A stretch of DNA of 64,000 nucleotides, taken from assembly GCF_963676685.1 (NCBI RefSeq), contig NC_092351.1:22878001-22942000 (forward strand), written 5' to 3'. This document shows, piece by piece, positions 12,690 through 25,438 of the stretch. The notes beneath the pieces were generated by a model. The model saw only the letters and a program-made list of their open reading frames with translations. It ran no database searches and was not told the origin of the DNA. The first letter of the stretch is position 1, and each line of letters starts with the position of its first letter. A program made the position numbers and the translations under genes. Source of the stretch: Mytilus edulis (taxonomy: Eukaryota).

Positions 12690-13830
12690 TTTTTTAATAA
12701 GACTTTGAGTTATTTGGATGCTATATTGGCTCTCAATAATGGTAACTTCAGTATGCGCACTAAAGAGATCTTTATTGCCGAACTGACTTTAAATAAAGAT
12801 AATACTTATTATGAACACTATCCTTTCCGGGATTTTGATATGCTTACTACCAAAATTTATGATAAAAAAGATGATGTTTCACAACCTGCCCGGTTCGCAC
12901 GTGTATGTTATGACGTAGTTAATTTTAACGAAAGAAATCTCTGTATAACTGAAAAATTATTACACAAGAGTTTTCGATTTCATAAACTAGTCAAAACATT
13001 TTCTAAATCAAATCATCGGTACAGATAAATCATTTGACAATATAAATCTGCAGACATCTTATACGTATTTCACATTCATTTTTTATGGTAATATTCTCAA
13101 TACAAAATACAAAAATGTAGGCATTCACCTCACAGGCTAACGAAACATTTAACCATACTTATTCAGAAGGGATACAGTAACGGTACTGTTGTCAGTCATT
13201 AAGGATGGCATATGTTTGTATTAATTTTGGTTTGCTCTTACGGTCTGTAAATCGCAAATAAACATATAAAAAGAAGATGTGGTATGATTGCCACTGAGAC
13301 AACTCTCCACCAGAGACCAAAATGACACAGAAATTAACAATTATAGGTCACCGTACGGACTTTTACAATGGGCAAATCCCATACCGCATAGCCAGCTATA
13401 AAAGGCCCCGAAATGAGAATGTAAAATAATTCAAACGAGAAAACTAACGGCTTTATGTTTATTCTAAAACCAGGTACTTATTCTGACATGTCATTAATTG
13501 CTAGTATTCCTTTGTTAATTTATGTCATTGTCATTTCGCTTAGTTTCTTTTGGTAGCCTTTTCTGACATCGGACTCGGACTTCTTTAAAACTGAGTTTTA
13601 CTGTGGGTATTGATGTGTATTTTTTTAATTCTACATTGGCTAGAGGAATAGGACGACGTTTGAGATCACACAAAACATGTTTAACCCCGCTGCATTTTTG
13701 CACCTTTTCCAAGTCAGGAGCCTCTTGCCTTTGTTAGTCTTATATGTTTATTTTAATTAAAGTTCATTTATATTTTTCGGAGTTTAGTATGAAATCCATT
13801 TGAACTGAGCTAGTACACATTTTTATTTAG
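12690..13830 (+). mobile_element. Degenerate Penelope-like element (family B, RT C-terminal half plus 3' region)
   Basis: ORF 12705-13028 reads YLDAILALNN..TKIYDKKDD..ARVC..FNERNLCITEKLLHKSFRFHKLVKTF (motif C onward); interrupted at ~13268-13455 by another short repeat also found at ~32640-32760 (reverse), ~38985-39120, ~53980-54070 and ~62720-62845. Confidence 0.75.
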
Positions 13831-14874
13831 CTGCCAGGTGATAACAGTCTTAGATCCCAGCCCGAGAAATCATATCAAAATGGTGTTTGGCTTATCATCT
13901 GCACCATGTAGGAAACACTATAATTCACTGAAATTCACTGTCTTCATATATATATATCGTATTGGGTCACTATATATAACATGTATAAATATAGCATAAT
14001 GTTTAACAAATTTATCTTACCGACTATCTTAACTTGTGGTATGTAGAACTATCAACATGTTTATTTTCTTACGTTTATTTGACAATCAATCAATTAATAA
14101 GAAGGAGAGGTTGAGCTCTCAAAGTATGATAGTAACATCAATTTAATGTTCTGTATTAATATGTTGTATTTAACCATCATTATTAAAAAAGAAAAAGTTA
14201 AAGTTAAATTATGATTCATTAAAATATTTAAGTGCAGTATCTATGACAAATAATGCATAATTTAAAACGATAATAATTGTATTTTTAAAACTTTGCTTCT
14301 TCTTTTTAATATCTGCTGAGTTAATGTGAAGATGTGAAAAACTAAAATCAGAATATTTATCATTTATCTCATCATTTCGATACTTGAGAGTTAATAGAAA
14401 ATTTACAAACTCAGTTTTTGATCTAAACATCTGTTCTTAATAGAGAAATATTATCGGTCCCCTTATCAGTAGTGGACGTCAGATTTATATCTGTACTTAA
14501 CCATTGTATAATTTAGAGAATATATTAAATGGTCACTCTAAGGGGTTAGTTTCGAGACTGATTAAATATACCCACGTGTATAAATAAGCACGGGAATAAA
14601 TCTTACTCAATACTGTATTGTTATTGTGTGTTACATTTCGTTGTTGTGTCTCTGTTGTGTCTAGTACTAGTCGTAGTTCTCTTGTATTTGATACTTTTCT
14701 CTCAGTTTTAGTTTGTAACCCGGATTTTTGTATTCTATCGATTTATGAAATTTGAACAGCGGTATATCTTTAGTGAAAGTACATGTGATACATCCTCATT
14801 CTTTTAACATCCAAGCTGTGAGATGGTCGTGCTCCACAAAGTAAATATATATTTTTTAAACTTTTCCTTACATT

Positions 14875-15120
14875 AGCTTGGTGGCTTTATTACATTGGTT
14901 GTCATTTATAAAAGCCTTGGTGACAATAGACCTAGGAGGTCATTTATATATGCTTTGGTGGCAATATACCTAGGTGGTTATTTATATCTTCCTTGGTGCA
15001 AAATACCCAGGTGGTCCTTTTCATAATTTGTTACACTTGCCTTGGTGGCAACATTAAATCGAAAATACTTACCTTGATGGCCTTAATTCCTTGTTGGTAA
15101 TTTTTATTCGCCCTGGTGGC
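14875..15120. repeat. Degenerate short tandem repeats built on (cc)ttggtggc / taggtggtcattt
   Basis: Recurrent ttggtgg(c/t) motif at short, irregular spacing. Confidence 0.55.
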
Positions 15121-17069
15121 TTCTTTGTAGATCTAAGTGTTAACTTTTGACCTGGCAAAATGTTGTGGGATTTAGACATTGGGTAGTTGATACGCAGTTG
15201 GTCCGATATTTGTTATGCCGTGCGCCGGTTAAACGCAGGGCAAGGTGTTATCACGTTAAACTGTTTTATGTACAAGTAGGTCTGGTCTGGTCATTTTAGA
15301 GACCAGTATTTTAAAGGAGAACAATTAATTGTTCACTTGGGTAAATAGTTTCTTTTGTAACTTTTGAGTGTTGTGTTTTTTTTTAAATTTATTATTACAT
15401 CGTACATACTGATAGAAAATGCTCTTTAAAGACTTTGTTAGAAAAGAATGGAAATATTGAGAAAGTGGAATAATTCATTGTGAAATTACATGTCACTTCA
15501 TATTACTGTTGTTTGACGGAGTGATGTGTTTTGCATTATAAGGTGTCGTCGTCGAGGTCCGCGTGTAGCGGTCTGTTTGATTGTATATGGAATTGATTAG
15601 AATGTTTTTGTTTTTAGATGGTATTACCTACAATTTTGACAAGCTGATGAATGAAGGAGAAGCAATATCACATTGCACAATAATTCATGTCAATGAGTTC
15701 GATCACATAAAAGGAAAGGATCAGAATCTGTTGAGGACAAATTGCACGTTTAAGATAATGTTTTGAATTTGAAAAATATTATAATAACAATAATAAAACA
15801 AATGGCGTAAATATGGGACCCATTTCACACTATATTATGTTTGTCTGTATTGAGAAAGGCAGAAGATGCCAATATGGCACGTTAATTATATTAAAAAGAA
15901 ACGTGATGGTAACAGCTTCATGTTCATATGAACCTATTTAAAAGTAATTCTAATAATTTGTTCGTAATTTTATGATGTTTAATATTGGACATGTATATAA
16001 TTTCATTGATGTGTTTAAATATGTCACAAAAATCTGTTTGTCTTGGGGGATTAAATAGTTGTTGCAATATTTTTGTTTTGTGGTTTGTTTTATTTAATAG
16101 ATATTATGTTGAATGATTTGGTATACTAGTACCAATGAATACTAACATTTTTAGTGGGGTTAAATTTTTAATTTTCACTTTTGGACCATTTGTATAATTC
16201 CGTTTTCAATTTAGGGACAACAAATTTATCTGATGATGAAAGTCTCGAGTCTTGTACGATTGTTTACTATTTGTAGGCACAATAATTATATACATAATTG
16301 GTGCCAGTTCATGTTTTGATTTATACATTAATAATGGCTTGTGATATAGTTATCTCTTAGAAACGGGAATAGTTCCAGAATTCTTAAATAGTTCAATAGA
16401 TGGATTACAAATATTGTGTTCGTTTAAAATAATTCTACCTGCCTTTTTAACAATTTTAGTAAACTGTCAACTTCAAACTTGTTACAGTTACCCCATATTG
16501 AACAACAATAATCCAAATGTGAAGGAATATACGCATTATACAATAGAATTCGCATGCATTATGATTCAATTATTTCCTGATTATTTTAGATATAGCTTAT
16601 AAACAATGATCATACCAAGAAAGAGTGGCGTCAACAAAAGTACGAAGAGATTTTCTACAGTTATCGTTATGTACATCTATGTTGCATACTTAAGCTACAT
16701 TACTAAAACTATGCGGTTTTCTTTCTTTCTTTTCTTTCACAATGTTAAAATCGTGGAACACTAAATAATGTATTTTCCGAAAATCTATCATCTGTTTAGG
16801 CATTGTTGTTAATAAATTTGAGTAATGTTAACTGAGGAATTTATAATTGACTTTTATATAATTCATAAGGAGAACACTTAAAATGTAATTATAGCTTTAA
16901 AATGCTGGAGATCATAACATATAAGGGACTTAGATCTAAATGTAGAACACAAGTACTAGGAGTAATTCTGGCGAAAAAATAATTCAACACTGCTACAAGA
17001 AATATTAAAGTCAATGGACAAAAAGGCAACTAAGCACTGGAGGCGTCATTAATCCTGAAATCGTACAAC

Positions 17070-17930
17070 CTCCAATATGGTGTACATCAGAATTGCACCT
17101 TATGTGTATTCTTTGTAAGACGGAAAATTCAATTAGTCATAAGAACATGTCTAGCTAATCTCCTTGTCAAACTATGGATGGAATTGTCAAACTCAATCTA
17201 GGAAACCCTTTCATTTATTATATAAGGCGATGCGTACAGTCAGCTTGGCAATCTCATATTCAAAAAAAGTTCCTTCAATTATGGGATTCAACCATATGAG
17301 CCATTTTGTCGTGGAACCATATCCATATTATGCATATGCCCACAACAACGATGCATCGATTACAAAGAATTTATTAAAATCAAATGAAGAATATATTAAG
17401 CAATGGATAAAGGACGACGACATATTAATATTCGACAGAGGTTGAGATATGCTCTAACTTTCCTGGAGGGATCGAAATTTAAAGTTGAGATGTCTTGTTT
17501 CATCAAGAAAGGAAAACAACATCATACAACCGAGGAAGCAATCTATTCTGACCTCATGAGAAAACTTCGTTGGGTAGTTGACAACGCCAAAGGATATATT
17601 ACACAGGGACGTTTCTGCGTTTATTAACTGCTTCCACGCTCCACTGATTAATGACTTTTGCCATGAAGATCTTGGTCAGTCTTAGCTGAATAGAGCACAG
17701 CGTGGTAATCATGTTCGGAAGTACGCTGGGGACAATAATCGTATTCTTAAAATGGCTACCTATTCAGGAGTAAATGGCACGGGAAAAGTTTAGATTTGCT
17801 TAAACTAACGCCCCAAAAAAATCAAAGATATAACAATAAGAGTATATCATCTGAAACAGGCCTATAGATATACAGAAAGCCATCTGTCTGTTGACATGTA
17901 CATGTTCCAGATTTGAAGTGGCCGACGAGA
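17070..17930 (+). pseudogene. Relic DDE transposase, ISL2EU/PIF-Harbinger-like
   Basis: Frameshifted peptides NNDASITKNLLKSNEEYIKQWIKDDDILIFDRG and KVEMSCFIKKGKQHHTTEEAI..LMRKLRWVVDNAKG match the DRG(F) and R-x-x-V-E catalytic segments of DDE_Tnp_4-type transposases. Confidence 0.7.
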
Positions 17931-18492
17931 CAGGTTTAATAATTTGTCTCTAGTTATAATTTTTGGGTGTCCATGTTTAGTTCTTTTAATTCCTCTGATA
18001 TTATTTGTCTCTTTGCTCACTTTATTAATTAACCTCTTTTGTTTGTTTTGTTTAAAAAAATAATAAAGGTGGCCCTTTTAACTTAAAGAGGGATTGACTT
18101 GGTTGTGTAGCATATTCCGGTAAAGTCTTAACAAACGATGGGGACATATGGTTGACGAGCAGACATGTAGACAAACAGGTAGGGAGGTCCATTTTGGGAA
18201 AAACTTCTGCAATAGGTTTTAAACGAATAGAATTGCAACAAAAAATATTTATATTCCTACCTATTTTTAACATTCAACTGAATTTACTGACCAAAAAATT
18301 GTATTATTATTATCCCTTAGTACCTTGTTTACACATAACAAAGTTAAATGAATTAAAAGCAGCAGTAATATTTCTTTGTTTTTATTTAAAATCTGAATTT
18401 ACAAATACAAATACAAATATTTATTATTATAATAGTTGTTGTTCATACTGTAAATTATTTCTTTGATTTATTCATTTTCCCCCTTAAACACG

Positions 18493-21400
18493 TCAAGTCT
18501 GTTTTATATACTGCATTCTCTGAAATTATAAAATATAGTATGTACTAGTATGATAAAGGTTAAAAATATAGTATGTACTGGTATAATAAAGGTTAACAAA
18601 ACACCATTATATTCGACATTCTTTGGAAATTCTTTACTTCAAACCGAAACGAAATGAGGTTTGAAATTCAACCTGCATACGTTTGTTTATATGAACTACG
18701 TATTTAAAATTTTGAAAGACAAAAACATATCTACATATAATCATATGTGCACTTGTAAAATCTAGGAGGGGAAGGGGGGCATACAGCATAGAAAGAAAAG
18801 CTATAGTCCGATTTGATTTTTGGTCATTGGCATATAAAGGTAATCAGTTTTAATTTTTTGGTGATTGTGAAGATAATGTATATATAATGATTCAAATAAA
18901 CTGGTATGCATGTTCTATTCATCAAACTATTCAGGTAAATCACTCAACCTAGTGCAGTTTCGAATCTCTCTTATAATGTCGAACTTGATAAAGATAGACA
19001 TTTTGGCCTAAACACATTCTTTAACAAGACTCGATTTATAATATACTGTACAGCAGACATAGGTGTTTCCATGTGTTATAATGGCTAAAAATCACAATAT
19101 AAACTTCTCACTTCGGAACAGAACCCATTATACAGATTCTTACTTTATACAGTGATATAATCAATCATTATTCTTTATGCAAATTACATGTATTATTCAT
19201 TAATTTTATTATACACGAAGCATTTGTAACTTTTCACAAGCCATGTCTAAGCTCTGTCTACCCATAGCAACATGTTATTATATTAGCAAGGATTTTGATG
19301 CCGAAAATTAACACCTGCCGCGGACGGAAATGTGCCTATTCGAAACAATGTACTTCCGCTACGGCCGAGGTTTGCCGATTCTTATTTCTACATCATTTTT
19401 GTCGTTTTTTTGTTAACTATCTGAATTTACAACCTTATTTGTTTTTACAATTGTCCTACTAATAAAATATTGCACACTGAAATCATAAGGTATACGGTAT
19501 AATAATTACATTAGATGTATGTTTCATTATAATACGTTATTCTGATTGGCTAACTAGCAATCTCGTGATATTCCTTAATCAATTGCATTACACAATGCAA
19601 CTTTTCATTCATGATGACACGAGGTCCCACAATAAAGTGCACAGGTAAATGAAATAAATTCTTGATAAAAGGCGTGTTGTCATGATCCTATAGGTAAAAA
19701 TATAATTATAAGTATTGAATGCTTTTTTTTTGTAACTTTATAGGGTTGTATAAGCGTTGACCGTGCGCACATTTTAGTATGAAGCGCTTCCGCGCTTCAT
19801 ACAAAATGTACTTCGGTCAACGCTTTTACACTCCAATAAATTTACAAAAAAGAGCATTCAATTCTTAAATAAAAACATACTGCCTTAGATGAAGGTGTTA
19901 GAAAGAGAAACGCGCTCCATGAAAAAGTTATCACCCACGTTAATCTACCCTGACACCATTATCCAAGGGCAGTATGGTTATAATAGCAAATTGAAATGTA
20001 CATACATCCGTGTGTAAGATTTTGACCTACCGGAGAAACTGTCCTCTCTCTATTGCACTCTGATGGGATATTAAACACTGATGGGTCTTTTATTCCTTCG
20101 GTTAATCCGATGAAGCCAACATCGGCAAAGCCGTTGGCCAATTGCTGTTGTTCTCCCACAGGGACACATGATCCTTTAGTGACACTTAATTCCATTTTCT
20201 TACCATCTACCATAAATTCATAAACATCAATCTCGTACTTGTTATCACCAATTCCATAATAGGTAGAAAGCACCAGTTTAGCATCAGCTGGAATAACAAA
20301 ATTAGTTCTCTTAATCTGGTATTTACGGGTTATATTTATCGAATACCTAAACAGCGGTTACGTCCTCTTTACTACTCTACATTGACTTTAATGATAGTTT
20401 AGCGAAGCAACGTCACCACTGTTTCGGAGTTTGATACTTTATCAGAGTTATCTTAATCTGGTATTTACAGATTATACTGTATCAGAGTTCTCCTGAGGAA
20501 AGACCTACTGATTTACATGTCAACACCGTTTGTGTTTCGCTCCTGTTTGCTATAACCCTACAATTATCTTTGCAGTCCAAATGTTTAATTTGCTCTAATA
20601 TTTTCATAAAAGTATTTCCTGTTGTTCGAGTTCGTGTTCTACAAATATAGTCTTAGTATTATATTGAGTGTTTCTTTAAATGTACTATTCTGACTACTGC
20701 TTTCCTTCAAATTTTACTATTTAAGAGGTCCTATTAGTCATATCAGTAGCATTTACATTTTTGTATATTAAAATATGAAAAATATGTGGGAAAAAATTGT
20801 TGTTGAAAGTAAAAGTAGTGTTTTGACAAAACTGAAAATAGGGTAGAAATATGCCTTTGGCATTTTTTTAATGTTCAAATCCAACATTGGCATGTCCATA
20901 TAACTACTAGTATCAAAAGAAAAAGCAGAAATGAATTACCATGGGACAAACATATTCATATTAGAAAACAACAGTAACATTAACTTCATGCTTGAATCTG
21001 TGCAATTTTTTTAACCGTATCCTTTTACAAAGAATTGCATTCTAACTAATAATTAGTATAATTTTAGTCTAAGGCCTTAATGTCAGTACAAAATTGCTTC
21101 ATATATACTGATACTGGTTAATTTTATTTACGTGATATATAAATGTTTAAGATGACTATACATTTATAATGCGGATAACTAACTGTACATAAGTTAATCA
21201 ATCATGTACAAAACTCACATGGTACACAGTTAAGTTTCCCTGGAGCTGGATATGGAGGTAAGTCGGCTGTCACGCATTTCCCATTGTAAACAGTGTAAAT
21301 TTTGCCCTGTAAGAAGCGGAAGAAAGTTTTGCAATATATGAAACTATAATTCATCATGTTGTGAATGCAATTAACAGTTTGAAAGCTTTGTTTGAAAGAA

Positions 21401-23469
21401 AACAATAACAAACTAAAGCTAAAAAAACCTACTCAATTCAGTAATAAAAACAAGATGCAACCAAACTTGCAAGTCTTGATTTTATTGTGAACCAGTATAG
21501 TTCTATAAACTAAAGAGGAAATTGAAAAGTTGTCTCGACAAATTTATGTATTTTGATGAAGGGACAAAATATGTTAATTGGTAGATTTCTTTTAATGCAC
21601 GACAATTTGTGAACGAATGTGTGTTAACAACATGAAAGGTTAATCATAGTGTACAGGATCTACTCACCGTTCCAGATCAAAGCCGATTCTTGTGTGGGGT
21701 AAGGTTTACTCAGTCTATGGTTTTCTATGTATCGGTTCAAGTAGACAGTGTTTTTTTTTTATCTCGACGTGTGAGTTTTGAATGGTGTTTTTTTTTATGT
21801 GTGAGAAAAGAGACTTACAGCTGAATAATCGTTGAGAATATGTTGTTTAACTTGCTGACCGTTCCAATTGCTATATCCTCTGACGACTACTTTGTTTATA
21901 TTGGCATCAACAGACATATTCAAAAGTCCCTAGAAGATTCAAAGTAGATTATCATTTGATTATACCATATACTATATATTCTTTGAGTGTTATATATTAG
22001 AATTTGCATGTTTTCCAGAAATTTATAGATTAAACAACACGACATCCATACACCAGAAAAACCCATGTCGAAAGAAGATTAAATCGTTCCTGTCACCATA
22101 ATAGCAATAACACGTTTTTCGTAAGTAAGTCCCGAATTTGACTTTGTTGTTTTCTATTATTATTCGGGGACTAACGGAAAGAAAAGAACATAATATTAGC
22201 ACTAAGAAATACTTAAAAAGATAAAAATGAGTAATCGGTTTATATAAGGAACATTTCCGGACATTGTAAGTCTTGAAACTAAACATGTAAAAGTAAATGT
22301 ACCTAAAACATTCTATCTGAATGCAAACAAATTGTATGAAAATGCCTTAAATATATGCCAAACAGTGATATTGGGTAACACGATATCACGTGACATGTAA
22401 TAACTCAATTAGTTTTCTTTTAATTGCAATAAAAGACGAATAACCCTTAAAAATTTACGCCAGAGGTGAATAACCTTATTTATCAAATACTACGATTAAA
22501 ACAGCCCTAATACTACCAAAACTGCATGTGTCATACTGTTGACGTCGTCCTGGTCATATAAATCATGTGATCTATATTGTTTTTCGGCTCGGTCCAATAT
22601 TTTCAATACGGACTGGCAATGAATCCTGAATTACATGTAAACATATATTGTGGATGTAATTCAGGATTCAATGCCAGTCCGTATTGGAAATATTGGCCTT
22701 ATTTTCACATCATTGCCAGTCCGTATTGGAAATTTTCGCCTTGTTTTCACATCATTGCCAGTCCTTATTCGGAATATTGGCCTTATATTCACATTTGATG
22801 TATGAACAAGTCTGTATTGAACAAGTTGGATTGTTTAATAAAAGTGTTATGAACTGACTTTTTCGGTATTTGCACTTGTATAGGTTCTCGGTCATCCCTA
22901 CGGGTCTCGAGGCCAATACAATAAACTTTGAATCTATACTAGTGCCAATACAGAAACAGTCAGTTAATTATACTATAATATTATTCACCGGCGAATCACC
23001 ATATGATTTAATTGGTACACGTTTTATTTTCTCTCGGTATAATAGAAGGAAGTTATTCGAAAAAGTGTGCGCACTGTTTGCTTTGAGATAATAAAAATGT
23101 TACCAAATTTGATAAAATGGCTTACTGTATATTTGTTCAAAATTAATGTAGTACTAAGTAAGATGTGATAACAACTACGTAGATAAATGTTATTGAGTAA
23201 CATCATTGTGAATAATTAATGTAACTGAGATAATTTAAAGCATACTTGTATTAAACATTTGCAACATTTAGTAAATAACTTTCTTATTTTTCACGGAACA
23301 CATTCGTCGTATTTGAAAAATAAAAGAAGAAAGTACTCACTCTACCCTCTCCGCCTGTACCATTGATCTGTACTCCTCCATGTACACCCTGATACCCCTC
23401 CCACTGGGCAGGTCCACAACAAGAGGACGCTAACTGAACAAAAACTGCAAAAACGGCGATAGTTAACAT
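18493..23469 (-). CDS. EPDR: Ependymin-related secreted protein, copy 2 (5 exons, ~203 aa)
   Basis: Exons 23341-23469 (MLTIAVFAVFVQLASSCCGPAQWEG..GR, signal peptide plus CCxPxxWEG), 21819-21929 (GLLNMSVDANINK..ILNDYSA), 21219-21306 (GKIYTVYNGKC..NCVP), 20031-20287 (SDAKLV..GSCVPVGE..GLTEGIKDPSVFNIPSEC..SP), putative 18493-18519 (RMQYIKQT*). Canonical GT-AG, frame-consistent, six Cys in the ependymin pattern. The last exon is the least certain. Confidence 0.9.
19510..19870 (-). mobile_element. Hairpin-ended non-autonomous element (Crypton-like) in intron 4 of EPDR copy 2
   Basis: Absent from the copy 1 intron; ~155-bp imperfect palindrome at 19710-19866 centred on gaagcgc-ttcc-gcgcttc; ctgattggct near the other end; no obvious TSD. 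Confidence 0.6.
22350..23040. mobile_element. Insertion in intron 1 of EPDR copy 2 with two hairpins and 42-bp tandem repeats
   Basis: Absent from copy 1; 43-bp inverted repeat 22594-22696; three 42-bp units ~22671-22795; second hairpin aactgact..ataggttc / gaatctat..agtcagtt at ~22852-22965. Confidence 0.65.
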
Positions 23470-23527
23470 TATTCGTTTATCAATAGTGACTACTGCGATA
23501 CTTTTGAATAGAATTTTAACCAGAGTA

Positions 23528-23660
23528 TTTATAGTAGTATCTTATCAACATTCCAGCGATACGTGGCTATGAGTGACAATCATATGCATTATTGACCTTC
23601 ACTGTAGATTGCCTTTAAAATTGTTCATAGTTATTTCAAAATATCTTACTGGGGAATTCC
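23528..23660 (-). promoter_or_regulatory. Proximal promoter of EPDR copy 2 (TATA, GATA, TACGTG, TGACCT, kB-like sites)
   Basis: TATAAA 23528-23533; GATAAG 23541-23546; TACGTG 23560-23565; TGACCT ~23593; GGGGAATTCC 23651-23660. Equivalent motifs occur in the copy 1 promoter. Confidence 0.5.
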
Positions 23661-24093
23661 GTCTGCAAATCGTCCTATTAATTGACAATGTATAGTATCA
23701 AGACTTAAACATGAAGCAGTTTTTGTTACATTTTCTGACATTAAAATGATAACTTATTCGATAATCATTTTTTTTTTAAATTTTTATAAGACAAGAAAGT
23801 ATATTGGGTACCACAATAACTCATCCATAAAAACACCCTACTAGGACATAAGCAATGCAACGAATAAAGCGTACACATTAGAAGCAAAATCAAAATGTTT
23901 CCAGTTTGAGAACTACAACAAAATACTGTACCCATTTTAAAACATAAAAAATAATGTTAAACCAAATTGACCATTTGTTTTAAAAAAACAAAATTGTCTT
24001 TATATGAATTAAATAGCGGAATTTCAAAGTTAAACCCATTTTTTACCACTGACTAACACATAAAACACCTCATAAACCAATTATTGTAAAAAT

Positions 24094-25438
24094 GTCGTAC
24101 GAGTACGGTTTGGACCGTATGCGAACTTTTTCAAAATACTCATACGCGTACGGTCTGACTGATATTAAGAAGTTGGTCAAGATTACTAGATATAAATGCA
24201 TATAACAGATCAACATAACTTATTGATATAAAAAAGTTCAATTGTAATTGAAATAAAAACTTTGTATTTTGTCTTTTTAAAAAATCCACGCTAATTAAAT
24301 CTGTTAATCTCTTGTTTTAAGCTGGTATGGGAGTCTAAACTAAAAATGATAGAATTTGCTCTTACTTGGCCAAAACGTAGTTTCTATTGATATATGTTGA
24401 AAAATATAGTAAAAATGATAGGTCACCTCGCATTTTCTCAAGCTACAGGACGTGACAAAATGACACATTTTGTATGGATTATACAGGACGTGACAAAATG
24501 ACACATTTTGTATGGATTAAACAGGAAAAAACACCAATTTGTGATTAGAAACTAAACAAAATGATAGAATTGTTCAATACTTAAGGAAAAGATAGCTTTC
24601 AGACAATACTTTGAGGATATCAAAAGAAAAGATAGGGTCACCGTACGTTTTTTCCGGCTAAAATACAAAATCGGTAAATTTCATGTAGAATCCTTCAGAA
24701 AATGCACTGTTTTAGAGTTACCTCCCCTTAACATGCTTAAAATGCCAACTTAAAAAAACATATACAAACAACCAAAAATAATCAACATTTGCAAAAATAT
24801 TAATGTTTATAAGTTATATTCTTATAAATTGGTTCTTTTAAATGAAAATTCACATTAAATATCTGCATTCCTGCATCAAATTTTGCTAACTTGATAGAAA
24901 ATCTGGACTTTTGGTTCTCTGTTTTTTACAATCCAAGATGGAGGAAGACACCCATACCACCTTCAGCATGTTGATTAGTAATACATTAATTGAATTATGC
25001 AATTATTCTCACTGAAAATGATGATATCGGAAGTAAACATAATGTGGGAGGACAATTGTTTAGAATATTTAGCAACTTTACAGCAAAATGCAAATGCAAA
25101 GGAACATGCATGAACTTGAAGCATGTAAATATAAAATAAATATTACGTTACTTGTACGTGGTAGCAAGTTTCACCTTGGGCGATAGTAACAAAATAGAAT
25201 TAAGATATACAATCAAACAAATATTTAATTTCAATTGTTAGTTTGTTCATTTTATCCATCCAATTGTAATAATAACAATTTGTAAAACTGAAAAAAAGGT
25301 TGTGAAAAATGTTTTTTAAATTTAACCCATGTGATCCAATAACATGTATGTTCAGCTCGTACAGGACCATACGCGTATACTCATACGGTCCGGACCGTAT
25401 GCGTATGGTCCAAATACTCATATGGTCTGGAACATATA
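24094..25438. mobile_element. Putative non-autonomous DNA element with palindromic accatacgcgta/ggtccggacc end repeats, containing a nested MITE
   Basis: Related palindromic motifs at 24094-24155 and 25355-25438; region absent upstream of copy 1. Confidence 0.5.
24321..24961. mobile_element. Kolobok-like MITE
   Basis: TIRs gctggtatggg / cccataccacc flanked by ttaa / ttca; internal ~37-bp tandem duplication ~24445-24520; shares motifs (caatccaagatgg, ggtcaccgt) in reverse with 31714-32274. Confidence 0.7.

Noticed and set aside
18052-18273. 73-aa minus-strand ORF as the last exon of EPDR copy 2
   Set aside because: No counterpart in copy 1, whereas the acceptor and exon at 18493-18519 are conserved in both copies.
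22671-22795. CRISPR-like repeats (also 51925-54570)
   Set aside because: Contiguous tandem units with no unique spacers, no cas genes, eukaryotic context.
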